64,000 nucleotides of DNA from Lama glama. Its lineage: Eukaryota. The stretch lies in the NCBI GenBank assembly GCA_028534125.1, contig CM052817.1, positions 4,280,001 to 4,344,000 of the forward strand, given 5' to 3'. The translations under genes were made by a program, and so were the position numbers. Shown piece by piece: positions 1 through 10,894 of the stretch (its first letter is position 1; the number at the start of each line of letters is the position of its first letter). The notes under the pieces are model-generated. The model made no database searches. It saw only the letters and a program-made list of their open reading frames with translations, and was not told the DNA's origin.

Positions 1-3000
1 GTTGTGTCCTAGGAGACCCTGAGCACACGAGCAACGGCTGAACCTAATATAGTTGGTTCACACGCCTTGAGGGTGGGGCTGGTTTCTTGGGTGAGGCTGG
101 GAAGCTGTAGCCTGGAGCAGTGTGGCAGTCGGACCCGGCTTCTAGATGTGTGTCCTTGAACTCTGGGAACGTCTGTTTCCTGGTTCTTAGAATGAACATC
201 ACATCCGTGAGATGAAATGAAGCTTCTGGCTCCACGCCTGCCGTGTAGTCAAGGATCAATCAGTTATAGCTTGCCTTTCTCCCTTCATCTTAAATCAGCA
301 GCTTTCTTTTGGAGTCCCTGTTAAATGCAGATTCACAGGCCTTGCCCCTCCCTTCCCCCTCCCCTACTCTAATTCATGTACCCTGCTTTTAGAGACAGTA
401 TCAAGTAGCAGTGAGGTGGCATCTCAGTGCCCTTTAGGTGGCAGCCATCCTTCGAGGGGGGGCTGGGAAACATCCAAGTGCTACCGGAGAATAGACCCTT
501 CCTTAGGCTCAAGCATCTGTTCTGTGGTCCCCTCTCCCAAATGGACCATGGACCATGGCTCTGCTGTCACCAGGAAGCAGATGACTCCTGAGGAGCTTCT
601 GGCCGGCCCCTCCTGGCCAGTGGCTCTGGCATCCATTCTGATAGGACACCTGAGGCCTAACCAAACTTGACCCTGTGCCCCCGAGGCCAAGCCTGTAGCC
701 TAATGGAGGGGAGGACGGGGCGCCGCAGCAGCCCTGGAACAAGCCGGCTGACGTGCCTGGGCCTGGCGGGGTGCCGAGCAGTTTTCATCACGTGCACACC
801 TTTCCCATATTTCAGTAGCCAAAGGAATCGTTTTTTCTTTCTGATTGTTTCCACTTGACTTTGTTCTTAGACAGCCCCTCCCCAGGGCTCTATTGTCAGC
901 CTTTGAGCACATGGGAAGGGCCAGATCCTGCCTCATTTGTTCGGGTACCTGCAGCTCCCAGCACAGCGCTCGCCCCACTCGGTGGGGCTCAGTCACACTG
1001 GCGAGGTGAGCTGTTCGTCATCTCAGCCCTGCCGGTCTGCGGGGCTCTGCGTGGCCGCGTGCAGCGGAGGACTTCGGCTGCGTGTTTCATTCCCTGGAAG
1101 TGTCATGAGCTTGTTCCTTTCAGGCTGGGCAGTCACCTGTCACCTGTTCTTCCTCCACAGCCTGGCCAGGTGGGCAGCTGAGCTCCGCACCAGAAGCTCA
1201 CGAGGCCCCAGTCGCTGCTCTGAGTGCCGCCTGCTGGGTTTGTGGGACCCTCTGGTAAAGGACTCGAGAGATTTGGGTTCTGGAGACAGAATATGGGGCC
1301 AATTTCAAAGATGCAGGGCCACACTCGGGCAGCTGAGTAGCACACAGTCTACACTGTCCCGACCTGGGGCAGTGATGCAGGTTGCTGGGCCCTGGGGGCA
1401 GGAGAGAGAGCAGAGCTGGGGCCTGACCTGGCTACAGAGCCTGTCCAGGGCATCTCATCTGGCATAGCAAGGACCACGGGGACATCCAGGCCGCACCCAA
1501 ACACTTAGAAATAGACAGAAAGTGATGGTGGTTCTAGGCACTGTGTTTAAGTGGGACAGGAAACCCCAACACCCAGAGTGAGCATCGGGGGGGGGCTCAG
1601 TCTGGGGTGGGGAGCTGGCTGGAAGGCAGGCCTATAGCTCGTGGCCTCCTGCCTGGTGTTAGGAGGGGACCCCAGACCCAGGGGGGAGGGGATTGAGGCA
1701 CAGGCTCCCTGATTTCAGGCCCACCCTGCTAGGCCTCTGCTTCCTCATCTGTCTCCACCACCTTCCTCTGAGCCCTCATCTGCTGTCCGGGGATCATTGC
1801 CGCAGCTCCCTGGCTGCTCCCCTGCCTCCAGCATCTTCCCTCCTCTCCAGAGCTGTGAGAATGATCTTTTTAAGGCACAAGTCAGACCCTGCCACCTTCT
1901 TCCTAGGAATCTTCCAGTGGCTCCCTATTTCTTGGGGGATGAATTTGGGGCTCCCTGGCCAGGCCCTCAAGGAGATCCAGCCCTGCTCACCTCCTGCCCG
2001 GGGCCTGCAGCAGCTGGTGTCCACAGTGGGCTGAGTGGTGAAGGCCAGGATCCTTCTCACCATCATCTGTGGGGCTTCTAATGGGCACAGCAGAGTGTCA
2101 AATGACAGGTGAGAGGGGTGCCCCCATCTCTAAGGAACTTCAGGCAACAGTGGGTCTAAGTACGTACAGGAAGCAACCCTGCTGGACGTGTCTTGTGGTT
2201 TGCACATGCCAGGCAAAGGCTGCCTTTGGTTTTTCTTGAGGGTCCAGGTACAGAGCAGCTCACAGAGAAATCAACCTTTAGTCTCGTCCCAGAACTCAAT
2301 AGTTTGATGGCTTGATGGCTTTATGGCTTGATTTCTAGGATTATCTCTTTCTCTCCCCCATTAGCCAAGATTTCTTCTCTTGCTAATGTCAAAAACTCAA
2401 AGTCATTTAAGCAAAGAAAAGAATTTATGCAACTGAGATGTCTAGGGGGGCAGGTTTCAGGCATGGCGGGATCTAGATGCTCACACAGTATTGCCAGGAA
2501 CCGGTCTATCTTCATCTTTCAACTGTGCTTTCCTCTGGGCTGGCCTCTTTCTCAAGCAGGCTCTCCTACTGCAGTGGCCCTAACAGCCTTAGCAGCTTCC
2601 GACTGGCATTACACCTGCCTAGCAACCTCTGTGGCTGGAGAACATCTCTCTTTCTCAGTGGTTCCAGCAAAAGTCCCAGGGCTGGTGCTTCTTGGCTCAC
2701 CCTGGTCACAGGCCCATCCCTGAACCAGTCCCAACTCTGCCTGGGTGACACCTCATTGGGAAACATGACTTAAAGGCTTAGCACTAACTTGCATAGTGGG
2801 ACACAGTTACATATCATGGCTACTTTGGAAGGAGCGGAGTCTCAAGCAGTATTGAGTTGAAATACGTGTGTACTTGGCTATGTATGTGTTTATTCTTTTG
2901 TGAATTCTTCTTTGCCTTTCAGTGTTGCTTTACTACCTTTAAAAGTACAGTTTTACTTTTTTATGGTAAAACTTACCCTTTTTCCCTCTCCACTATGAGG

Positions 3001-3284
3001 AGTTTTACTTTTGATTTCATGCCTAGAAAAGCTTCTCAGTGCCCTCGTAGGTGCCAGATGGTTGGGGGACTGGATGCCATTCCAGCTGCCGTTTTCCTGT
3101 TGAATAATGGTTTGTTTCAGAATGTGTAAGGGTAAAACAAATGCTTACGGAAGGATTGCTGAGAACCAGTGAGGCTAGCTGGCCCGGCATGCACTCAGGT
3201 GGGCAGGGATCACCACAGAAATTTCCTAAGCACACGAAGCAGGAGGTGCCTCCCTGCTTTGGGCTCTGGTCCTGAAGAAAGCTT

Positions 3285-3960
3285 CCGTCACCCCGCGGTT
3301 GCTAGTGCTCCTCCCAGGGGGCCTTGCGACCGTCCAGGGACCCGGGCCCGTGGAATGGCCCTGACAACGGGGCAGCTCGGGGAGCCTGCGTTCCGGGAGG
3401 AAGGCCCCCAGAGAATACGCCAGCGCAGGGGCTGTCCTCTGTGACTGATGAGCTCAGGCCTGGCCCCTGGAAACCGGCTCCTCTCAACCCACGGATCTGC
3501 CCCAGAGCTGACTTCCCTTTTAATAGGGGCACACCTTCCGGAGTGTCCCCGTTCTCAGAACTCGGCAGCAGAGAATCGGCAGGAAGAGAGCAGGCTGCAT
3601 GAGGGAGAGGAGAACCCCTGGGAGGGGCTTGGTGCTTGTCCCTGGGACTCCAGGGGGGCTTGGGGATTGATGCCGAGGATGTGGCTTTTGGCTCCCCGGA
3701 CACGCCTGGGCTAGCGGGCACCGAGAGCCCTCCCCGCCATGGAGTACATCCTCTTCGTGCTGTACTTCTCCTTTTTCCTCTGTCTCTGCACCCTGGTGTG
3801 CCTGTACTTTTCCGGCTGCCAAGAGATGACCTATAAGCATGAAGGTACGCGGTCGGCTGCGGGGACGGTCGCGGTTACGTGAACGTGCATAGCTGTGACC
3901 TGGATGCCCCTTCCTGTGATGGCGATTGTTGGGAAGGACCCGGGTGAAGAGAGGGGCGGC
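3285..3960 (+). promoter_or_regulatory. CpG-enriched intronic segment, candidate internal promoter
   Basis: Visibly higher CpG density than the flanks (e.g. ggtacgcggtcggctgcggggacggtcgcggttacgtgaacgtg), surrounding the Kozak ATG and donor. Boundaries are approximate. Confidence 0.45.
3739..3844 (+). CDS. Candidate alternative first coding exon inside a JAKMIP1 intron; encodes the hydrophobic N-part of a microprotein (MEYILFVLYFSFFLCLCTLVCLYFSGCQEMTYKHE) and a second ATG (3839) in the JAKMIP1 frame
   Basis: cccgccATGG perfect Kozak context at 3739; 35 open codons with GC3-rich usage; donor GAAG|gtacgc at 3845; CpG-rich surroundings. It is below the ORF-track length cutoff. Confidence 0.6.
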
Positions 3961-5017
3961 TGAGAGAGCTCGGAGTCAGATGAGGGTTTCTGTGGGATGC
4001 TGCCCCGCCCCGTTTCCTCTCCATCCCATATGATCTGCTAAGAACGAACACCTCTATCTACCCAACATGTTAATGGCAAAGAAATGTTTACTTTTCCGTC
4101 ATTTTTGCCGAAATCGCACTTTAAGTATTTGGATGCATTTGTTAAAAGGTGTCAGCAAGGCAAGACTTCGGTGGTACGGAAAATGGAAGCCTGGAGGGGT
4201 GCGCCCGTGTGTAGAAGACACTCCTGAAATGAGCAAAGATGGACGTTTGTGCTCGTGAATTTCCTCTCCTTAGGAAATTCCCCGGGAGTTTTTGAATGGT
4301 GGAGGCTCTGAAAACTCGACAGCTTCTTTCATGCTTGGCATTTTTAAAAGCCCGTTAGGAGCCAAGCATTTGAGAACCAGTATTTCCGGGGGATTCTCTC
4401 ATTCCGTGGAGACTAGTGTGTTATTTCATGTCTATGAAAACACAGTATAAGGCAGTATTGCTTTGTCTTCAAAGAAGACAGCCACCAGGTTTTCACTTGC
4501 AACCTTGAAATGTCTTTTTCTATCTTGTTTTTTATGAGTAAGGTCATAAATAGATGTGGTACATTTTGGCTTCCGGTGTAGAACACTTAAAGACAGTAAC
4601 CCTCAGAGGACTCACCCAACCCTTGTGTCTTATAACGTGGCACAGTCTTTGCTCTGTACTGTCAGCCTCTTTACACAATAAAACCCCCTCTCTAAAAACA
4701 GACAAACGAACAGGCAAACAAAAAATTCATCCAACCCATATGTTGTACAGGGGGCAGGCAGGGTCACAGTCCACTCACTGCTGCCCTGGAAACGGGGTGT
4801 GCTGTATGTATAAATGTGGATTCATCTCCTTTGTGGCTGTAGGGTTACAATTTGAATGCCCTTTGGTGCCTGATCCTGCCCAGAGCTGCTTGCTCCTCCC
4901 TCACTGCAGCATGCTTCCTTGGGCTCTTGGGCTCTGAGACCGCATCATACTTCAGGGGGCTCCACTTGGGTCTGGGGATTGGCTGTTTACGAAGGTGCAG
5001 CTCCACTTTAAATGCGT

Positions 5018-5166
5018 TGGGTTTTGACAGAGGACCAACACGACATGACTCTTGTTTCAAAATCATCACCCTGACCGCCAGGTTATGGGACAAGGGCAAG
5101 AGGGGGAAGGGCAGTAGGGGGTGGTTTTTTAAATTTCATTGAGAGATGATGGTGGCTTGGACCAGG
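5018..5166 (+). repeat. Direct repeat copy A (L2-like fragment)
   Basis: Aligns closely with 6250-6399. Confidence 0.85.
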
Positions 5167-6249
5167 ATGGAAGCACTGGAAGGGCTGAGGATGGAGCCAG
5201 CAGCCCTGTATTAGGGCTCGATAATTGAGTACTTAGCTAGCAGTCCCTCAAAGTTTCAAAGGTCATCCTAGGTACTGGAACTGAGTCATCGTCCCCAAGA
5301 ATGGCCCATGATGCCTGCTAGTGGGTGACCACTGCTCGGCATCCCATCCTGGTCATGTGGAGCCTGTCTTGATGTTCCCTGGGGCTCGTTGGTGGGCCGG
5401 GAAGCCGCTCTCTGGCACTCCGCAGTAGCAAACAGACCTGTCCCCAGAGGCCTCGCAATTAGCAGTGTTTACAAGAAGTAAGGTCAGCTGAGTGGCTGCC
5501 CAGAAAAATAAGGAGCCTGGGGCCCGGGTGAATGCGTGTGGGCAGAGGAGCTGAGCGCGGGAGATGCGTCCGCCATCCGAGGTCTTGGCCCCAGCTCCCC
5601 AGAGAGGAGTCGTCTGGAGTACTGTTGACACCTGAACTCGGCGGAGCTTCTCCTCTGGAGCGGGGATTTGAGTATATGAGTGTCTCCAGCCTCCACTCAG
5701 AAGGAAATGCCTTTGACTTTGATGGCGCCCAGTAGGGCCTTACATTCCTACCTGGCAGACTCCCTGGGTGCCCAGCCAGGTGGCAGCCTGGCTGACGCTG
5801 CTGCAGGAATGTGGGGAAAGGGTGTCACTTGCAGACCTAAAACTGTCTGTGCATCAGCAAGTTCGCTTGGCACTGAGTTCATTAGCAGAGACGCTCATAT
5901 AACAAGCGATATTTCCTGAGTGTGTCGGACCCTGGGCCACTGTGGGGAACAGAAGAGCCTAAATCCTTGTCCTCATGGAGCAAAATCCCTGACCTCCTGG
6001 GGCTTACACTCTGGAGGAGGGAGACATGTAACAAACATGCAAGCAGAATTGGTGACAAGTGCTGTGGAGAAAGATGAAGGGAGGAGGACTGAGCGGTGGG
6101 TGGGGGTGGTTTAGTGGGGTTTTGACAAGATGGTCAGGGACACCTTTCTGGATTGGGCTGCACTTGTGAAAAGACTTGGGGGAAGTCGTGTGTGTTCTGG
6201 GAAGAGCATCTCAGATGCTGGCGTTTACCCCAGTGCGGTGCAGAGCCGC

Positions 6250-6399
6250 TGGGTTTTGAGCAAAGGACCAGCACGACATGACTGTTGTTTGAAAATCGTC
6301 GCTCTGCCCGCCAGGTTACGGGACAAGGGCAGGAGAGGAAAGGACAGTAGGAGGCAGTTTTTTAAATTTCAGTGAGAGATGATGGTGGCTTGGACCAGG
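6250..6399 (+). repeat. Direct repeat copy B (within an L2-like region)
   Basis: Aligns closely with 5018-5166. Confidence 0.85.
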
Positions 6400-7874
6400 G
6401 TGGCGGCGCTGGTCCATGAGGGGTTGGATTCTGGGTTGAAGCTGGAGCCAATAGGATTTCTCCCAGAGAGGCCTGAGAGAATGAGGAGCACAGGGGGACC
6501 TCAGTTTTGGGCCTGAGCAACTGAAAAGGATGGAGCTGCTGGAAGCAACACATGTTAGATGATGGGAGCAGCAGGTTTGGGGGTTAAGTCGGCGACCACT
6601 AGCCCCGCCCCACCATGGAGCTGTGGAGGAGGCGGCTGAGTCAGGAGTTCCAGGGTGGTGCATTCCCACCCATATTAAATAAACAAAAATGTATCTTTTT
6701 CTAGTTTCACGATGTTTATTGATAGGTACAAGTATATAAAATCAGGGCATGAACAGGACTTGTTAAGTTAAGTAGACTTCATTTCAGTTCTGTAACAAGA
6801 GGGACCAATTCAAATTCTCAGCAGGGGTGAGAGGGGCTCTGGGAGAAGCCCGTTTAGACCAACCGGTGGGAGCCTGGGGCTTGGCTCTGGATTTCGTTAC
6901 CTTCTTTCTTCATGGTGAAGTGTATTCACTGATTGTAAAAACAAATACAGATCTTTCTCAGGGGCTATTTTGGGGGAAAAGCCTGTGTTCCTAGGACACA
7001 GGATGTTGATCTGGTGATTGGGGTCGATGTCTGCAGCCCCAGGGGACAGAAGCTCTTTGTGGCAGGGACCAGGCCTGGTTTTGATTTAGTCACAGCTCCC
7101 AGACCCCACCCAGCATCTGACCCGTGGAAGGCGCTCAGTCTGTGTTTGCTGAATGAATGAGTGAGTGAAGCCCTGTCTCCTGTGACATTTGGGGTGGGAG
7201 AAGTCCTGGGGAGGGTAACGGGGAGGCCGGCAGACAAAGCATTGAAATGATCTCTGTGAGTATATGTGGATCCACTGGACTATTCCTTCTGATTTTTGTA
7301 AATGTTCCAAGTTTTCTATAATAAAAAGTTAAACTTTTGCCTCTTGAGGTGCGTCTGGTGAGGACACCCCTTGCTTGCCCAGCCAGTCAGAGCCCCGGGT
7401 TCCACCTGTGGACACCCTGCCCCTTTCCCCTTTCCCTGTGTCTGGTGTCTAGAACCCGACATCTCATGGGGTCCCGTCCCCCCTACTCCGAACAGCAAGG
7501 ATACCACTCACTGTGTTACTGCGCCAAGCCCGGCACTCGGTGGCCTCACTTTGTGCTTGCAGATGGGGTGGGGGTTCTGTGTCCATCTGATGGAGAAGGA
7601 AGCAGATGCTCAGAGGGGCTGACTGACTTGCAACAGGTCATCAGTTCCTGAGCCTGGATCTAGGGTCTGGCCAGCACACTCTGGCAACCCTCCATCCTCC
7701 GACCACCTTTGGCCGCCTCCTTCCCACTCAGCGATCACAGACCCCACCACCCGCCTCCTGGGATGCCTGGTGGCCCAGATGCTCATCGTAGCCCCTTCTG
7801 CCCTGGGACGAGGGGGCGAGGGGTCCGGGCGGTTCTGAGTCCCTTCTTCATGTCCTGCAAATTGCCTTTTACAG

Positions 7875-8003
7875 AAGCATGTTGTGGAGACATTTTTTGG
7901 ATTTGATGAGGAGTCTGTGGACTCGGAAACACTGTCAGAAACGTCCTGCAACACAGACAGAACAGACAGGGCTCCGGCCACGCCCGAGGAGGACTTGGAT
8001 GAC
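7875..8003 (+). CDS. JAKMIP1: JAKMIP1 coding exon (KHVVETFFGFDEESVDSETLSETSCNTDRTDRAPATPEEDLDD)
   Basis: ttttacag|AAG ... GAC|gtaagc; 129 nt, phase 0/0; peptide matches recalled JAKMIP1. Confidence 0.95.
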
Positions 8004-8275
8004 GTAAGCGGACCTCACCCTGGGGATGCTGGCAGGCAGCCTCCGGCCTCTGGCAGCTGCAGGCGTCACTCCCTCACTGCGAGACTTAAACCTGCAGGAC
8101 CGTGTGATCACAGCCCACCTTGTCCAGGGAGGGCGAGCCCCACTTCCGTGGGATCTAAGAATGGCAACAGGGGCGCCACCCTTCCCTTGCCCAGCACGGA
8201 TCTCACAGAGGAGACCTGCGGCCGCTGCGGTGTTGCTTCCCCTTTGTCATTAAACTGCCACGTGGCATCTGTCCC

Positions 8276-8388
8276 TTGTTCCCCTGAGCTCACACACGCC
8301 TGTGCACACACACACCCCATCACCTATATTTGTTCCCCTGTGCTCACACATGCCTGTGCACACACACACACACCCCGTCACCCATATG
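8276..8388. repeat. Two-copy tandem duplication, about 54-56 bp, with (CA)n cores
   Basis: ttgttcccctg(a/t)gctcacaca(c/t)gcctgtgcacacacaca...cccc(a/g)tcac occurs twice. Confidence 0.85.
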
Positions 8389-9051
8389 TATACAGATGGC
8401 ACATCATTGTAGGAATGGGTCCAGGCAGCACTGAGAAGGGTAAAGAGCAGAGCACAGCCCATCTGGAGCCTCTCACCCCGCTCAGCACCTGCTGCTTTCC
8501 TGACCCACCAGCTCCACACATCCGGGTTCATGACCACAGCCCTCCAGGAGCTAGAGTCACAGAGGAGTGAGAGTGGCTTTACTCCCCTGCCCCGCCCCCG
8601 CCAGCGGAAGCACTCGGGAAGCCCACCTCAAACGTGATCATGTCAGACACATGCTTTTGGGTTTGCTTTTCTCACCAAGAATAGGTAACAGGCGTCTTTC
8701 AGCACCAAACACCGCATTCGCCGTCATCCTCGGTCAGGGTCTGCGCGTGCATTTACCTCGGGGACCCCGATGAAGGGCATGATGTCGATGCCAGCTCTTC
8801 ACAGTGATGTGCTTTGGGTGGTGGTGTCCTTCGGAGCTGGCTGGGGCGGTGGCAGGGGAGCCGTCACAAGGAGGTGTTCACGGTGCTGTGGTCGGGCTGG
8901 CCTGCCCTTGCTCCCTGGCCCACGAGTCGAGCGGTTCCCAGGGCCCACGGAGCTCCTGGGAAGGGCACTGACTGCAAAGACAGCTTCTTCTCCCGAGCCC
9001 TCCACTCCAGAGATCCAGTTAGGTCCCCGCCATGACCGGTTGGTTACATAA

Positions 9052-9531
<480 letters not shown>

Positions 9532-10082
9532 TGATTTCGGAATTAAAGAGCCAGTGAAGAAATTAGACTTTAACTCCTCTCCCTCCTGGCTGGGAATCCC
9601 CCAAGAATATCCCCGGGGAGCCCTGGCAGGGACCGTGGGGGTGCTCCCAGCCCACCAGGCACGCCGGTCCCTGCAGTCACCCAGGTCTGAGCCTCGCTAG
9701 CCCTCGTGCTGGGCCGAGCTCTGCCTTCCGGTAGCGTCCACTCACTGGCCATTACCCTGCCTTCAGGAGTCGCATAGACCGGGCCTGCTGGCCCTTCCTT
9801 CTGAAGGCGAGGGGAACTCCCGGGGAGCGCACCCCTGAGGCCAGTGTTTCATCCCCACAACAGCCCCACAGGGCAGGAGGTGGCGGATGAGGCTGGGGTG
9901 GGGCGGGCCTTGTGCTACAGCCGAGTCCAGCCCGTACCCTGGACATCGGACAAGGTGCACTGCTTGAACTTGGTTTGAGCTGAAGCCTGTGGTTTTTATT
10001 GAAAATGTTATCTACTTGCCACATTTTAAAGTCAAGAGATTTCACATAGAAATCGAGATTCCTGGGGCTGGGGGTAGAGGTA

Positions 10083-10195
10083 GGGGACGGTACAGCTCTG
10101 TGGTAGAGCACGTGCTTGGCATGCACAAAGTCTTGGGTTCAATCCCCGGTACCTCTATTTTTTTTTAAATTGGAAAATAAAAACAAACAACATAA
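10083..10195 (+). mobile_element. tRNA-Ala-derived SINE (camelid Vic-1-like)
   Basis: A box (agctctgtggtagagc), B box (gggttcaatccc) and AT-rich tail. Confidence 0.8.
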
Positions 10196-10810
10196 ATATC
10201 TTCTGTTATGAAAAAAAAAAACCCAGATTCCTGGCTTCTCAGAACATCGATAAGCACCCAGCTTCCTGTTCCACATAGTCGCCTTTGGCTACAACGGCTG
10301 AGTGGCCGTCCTGCTGAGATAGGACACACGCCTCCAGTCTGCCACAGTCCCCACCCCTCCCTGTTGCCCCACACCCAGTCAGCTTCCCTTATGTACAACA
10401 CCCGCTTGGCCCTTGGGGTACTTTGGCTTCCAGCCCTGGCTGTAAGTGATGAGGGCCCACGAGAGGCGCTGAGCGAGGGTGTTGCTGGTGTCAGTGATGC
10501 AGCTGCTGAACTTGGCCAGGAAGCTGGGCTGCACCTGGCAGGTCTGGCTCACTCACCCCCGTGAAGAAGCTGCAGTGGCCTCATCTCTAAAATCAAGGAG
10601 GAATAACACTGATGGCCTCTCAAGGCCTTGCAGTCCTTAACCATGTCGCACGTGTAGGTGACAGAGGCCCCTACCTGTAAGCAGGCAGGCCAGGTTGAAC
10701 GTGTGCACCTAAGGGGGACCCATTCCTCAGATACGGAGGCAGTACAGTCCTGTCCCCCACTCCATCTCCATCATAGGCGACCTGCTCACCTCCTAATCTT
10801 TTTATTCCAG

Positions 10811-10894
10811 ACTCGGGAACAGCTCCAGGCTGATCTGCTGAGGTGTCAGGCCAAGATCGAGGATCTGGAGAAGTTACTGGTTGAGAAGGGACAG
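10811..10894 (+). CDS. JAKMIP1: JAKMIP1 coding exon (TREQLQADLLRCQAKIEDLEKLLVEKGQ)
   Basis: ttccag|ACT ... CAG|gtgagc; 84 nt. Confidence 0.95.

Noticed and set aside
3845..3882. Unspliced 47-aa version of the microprotein (...HEGTRSAAGTVAVT*)
   Set aside because: Possible, but the donor and the frame-compatible downstream exon favour the spliced model.
8004..8570. Extension of ORF 7884-8570 beyond the exon (similarly 47971-48648 and 19578-20246)
   Set aside because: They run through strong donors into intronic or repeat sequence, or are off-frame or antisense to real exons.
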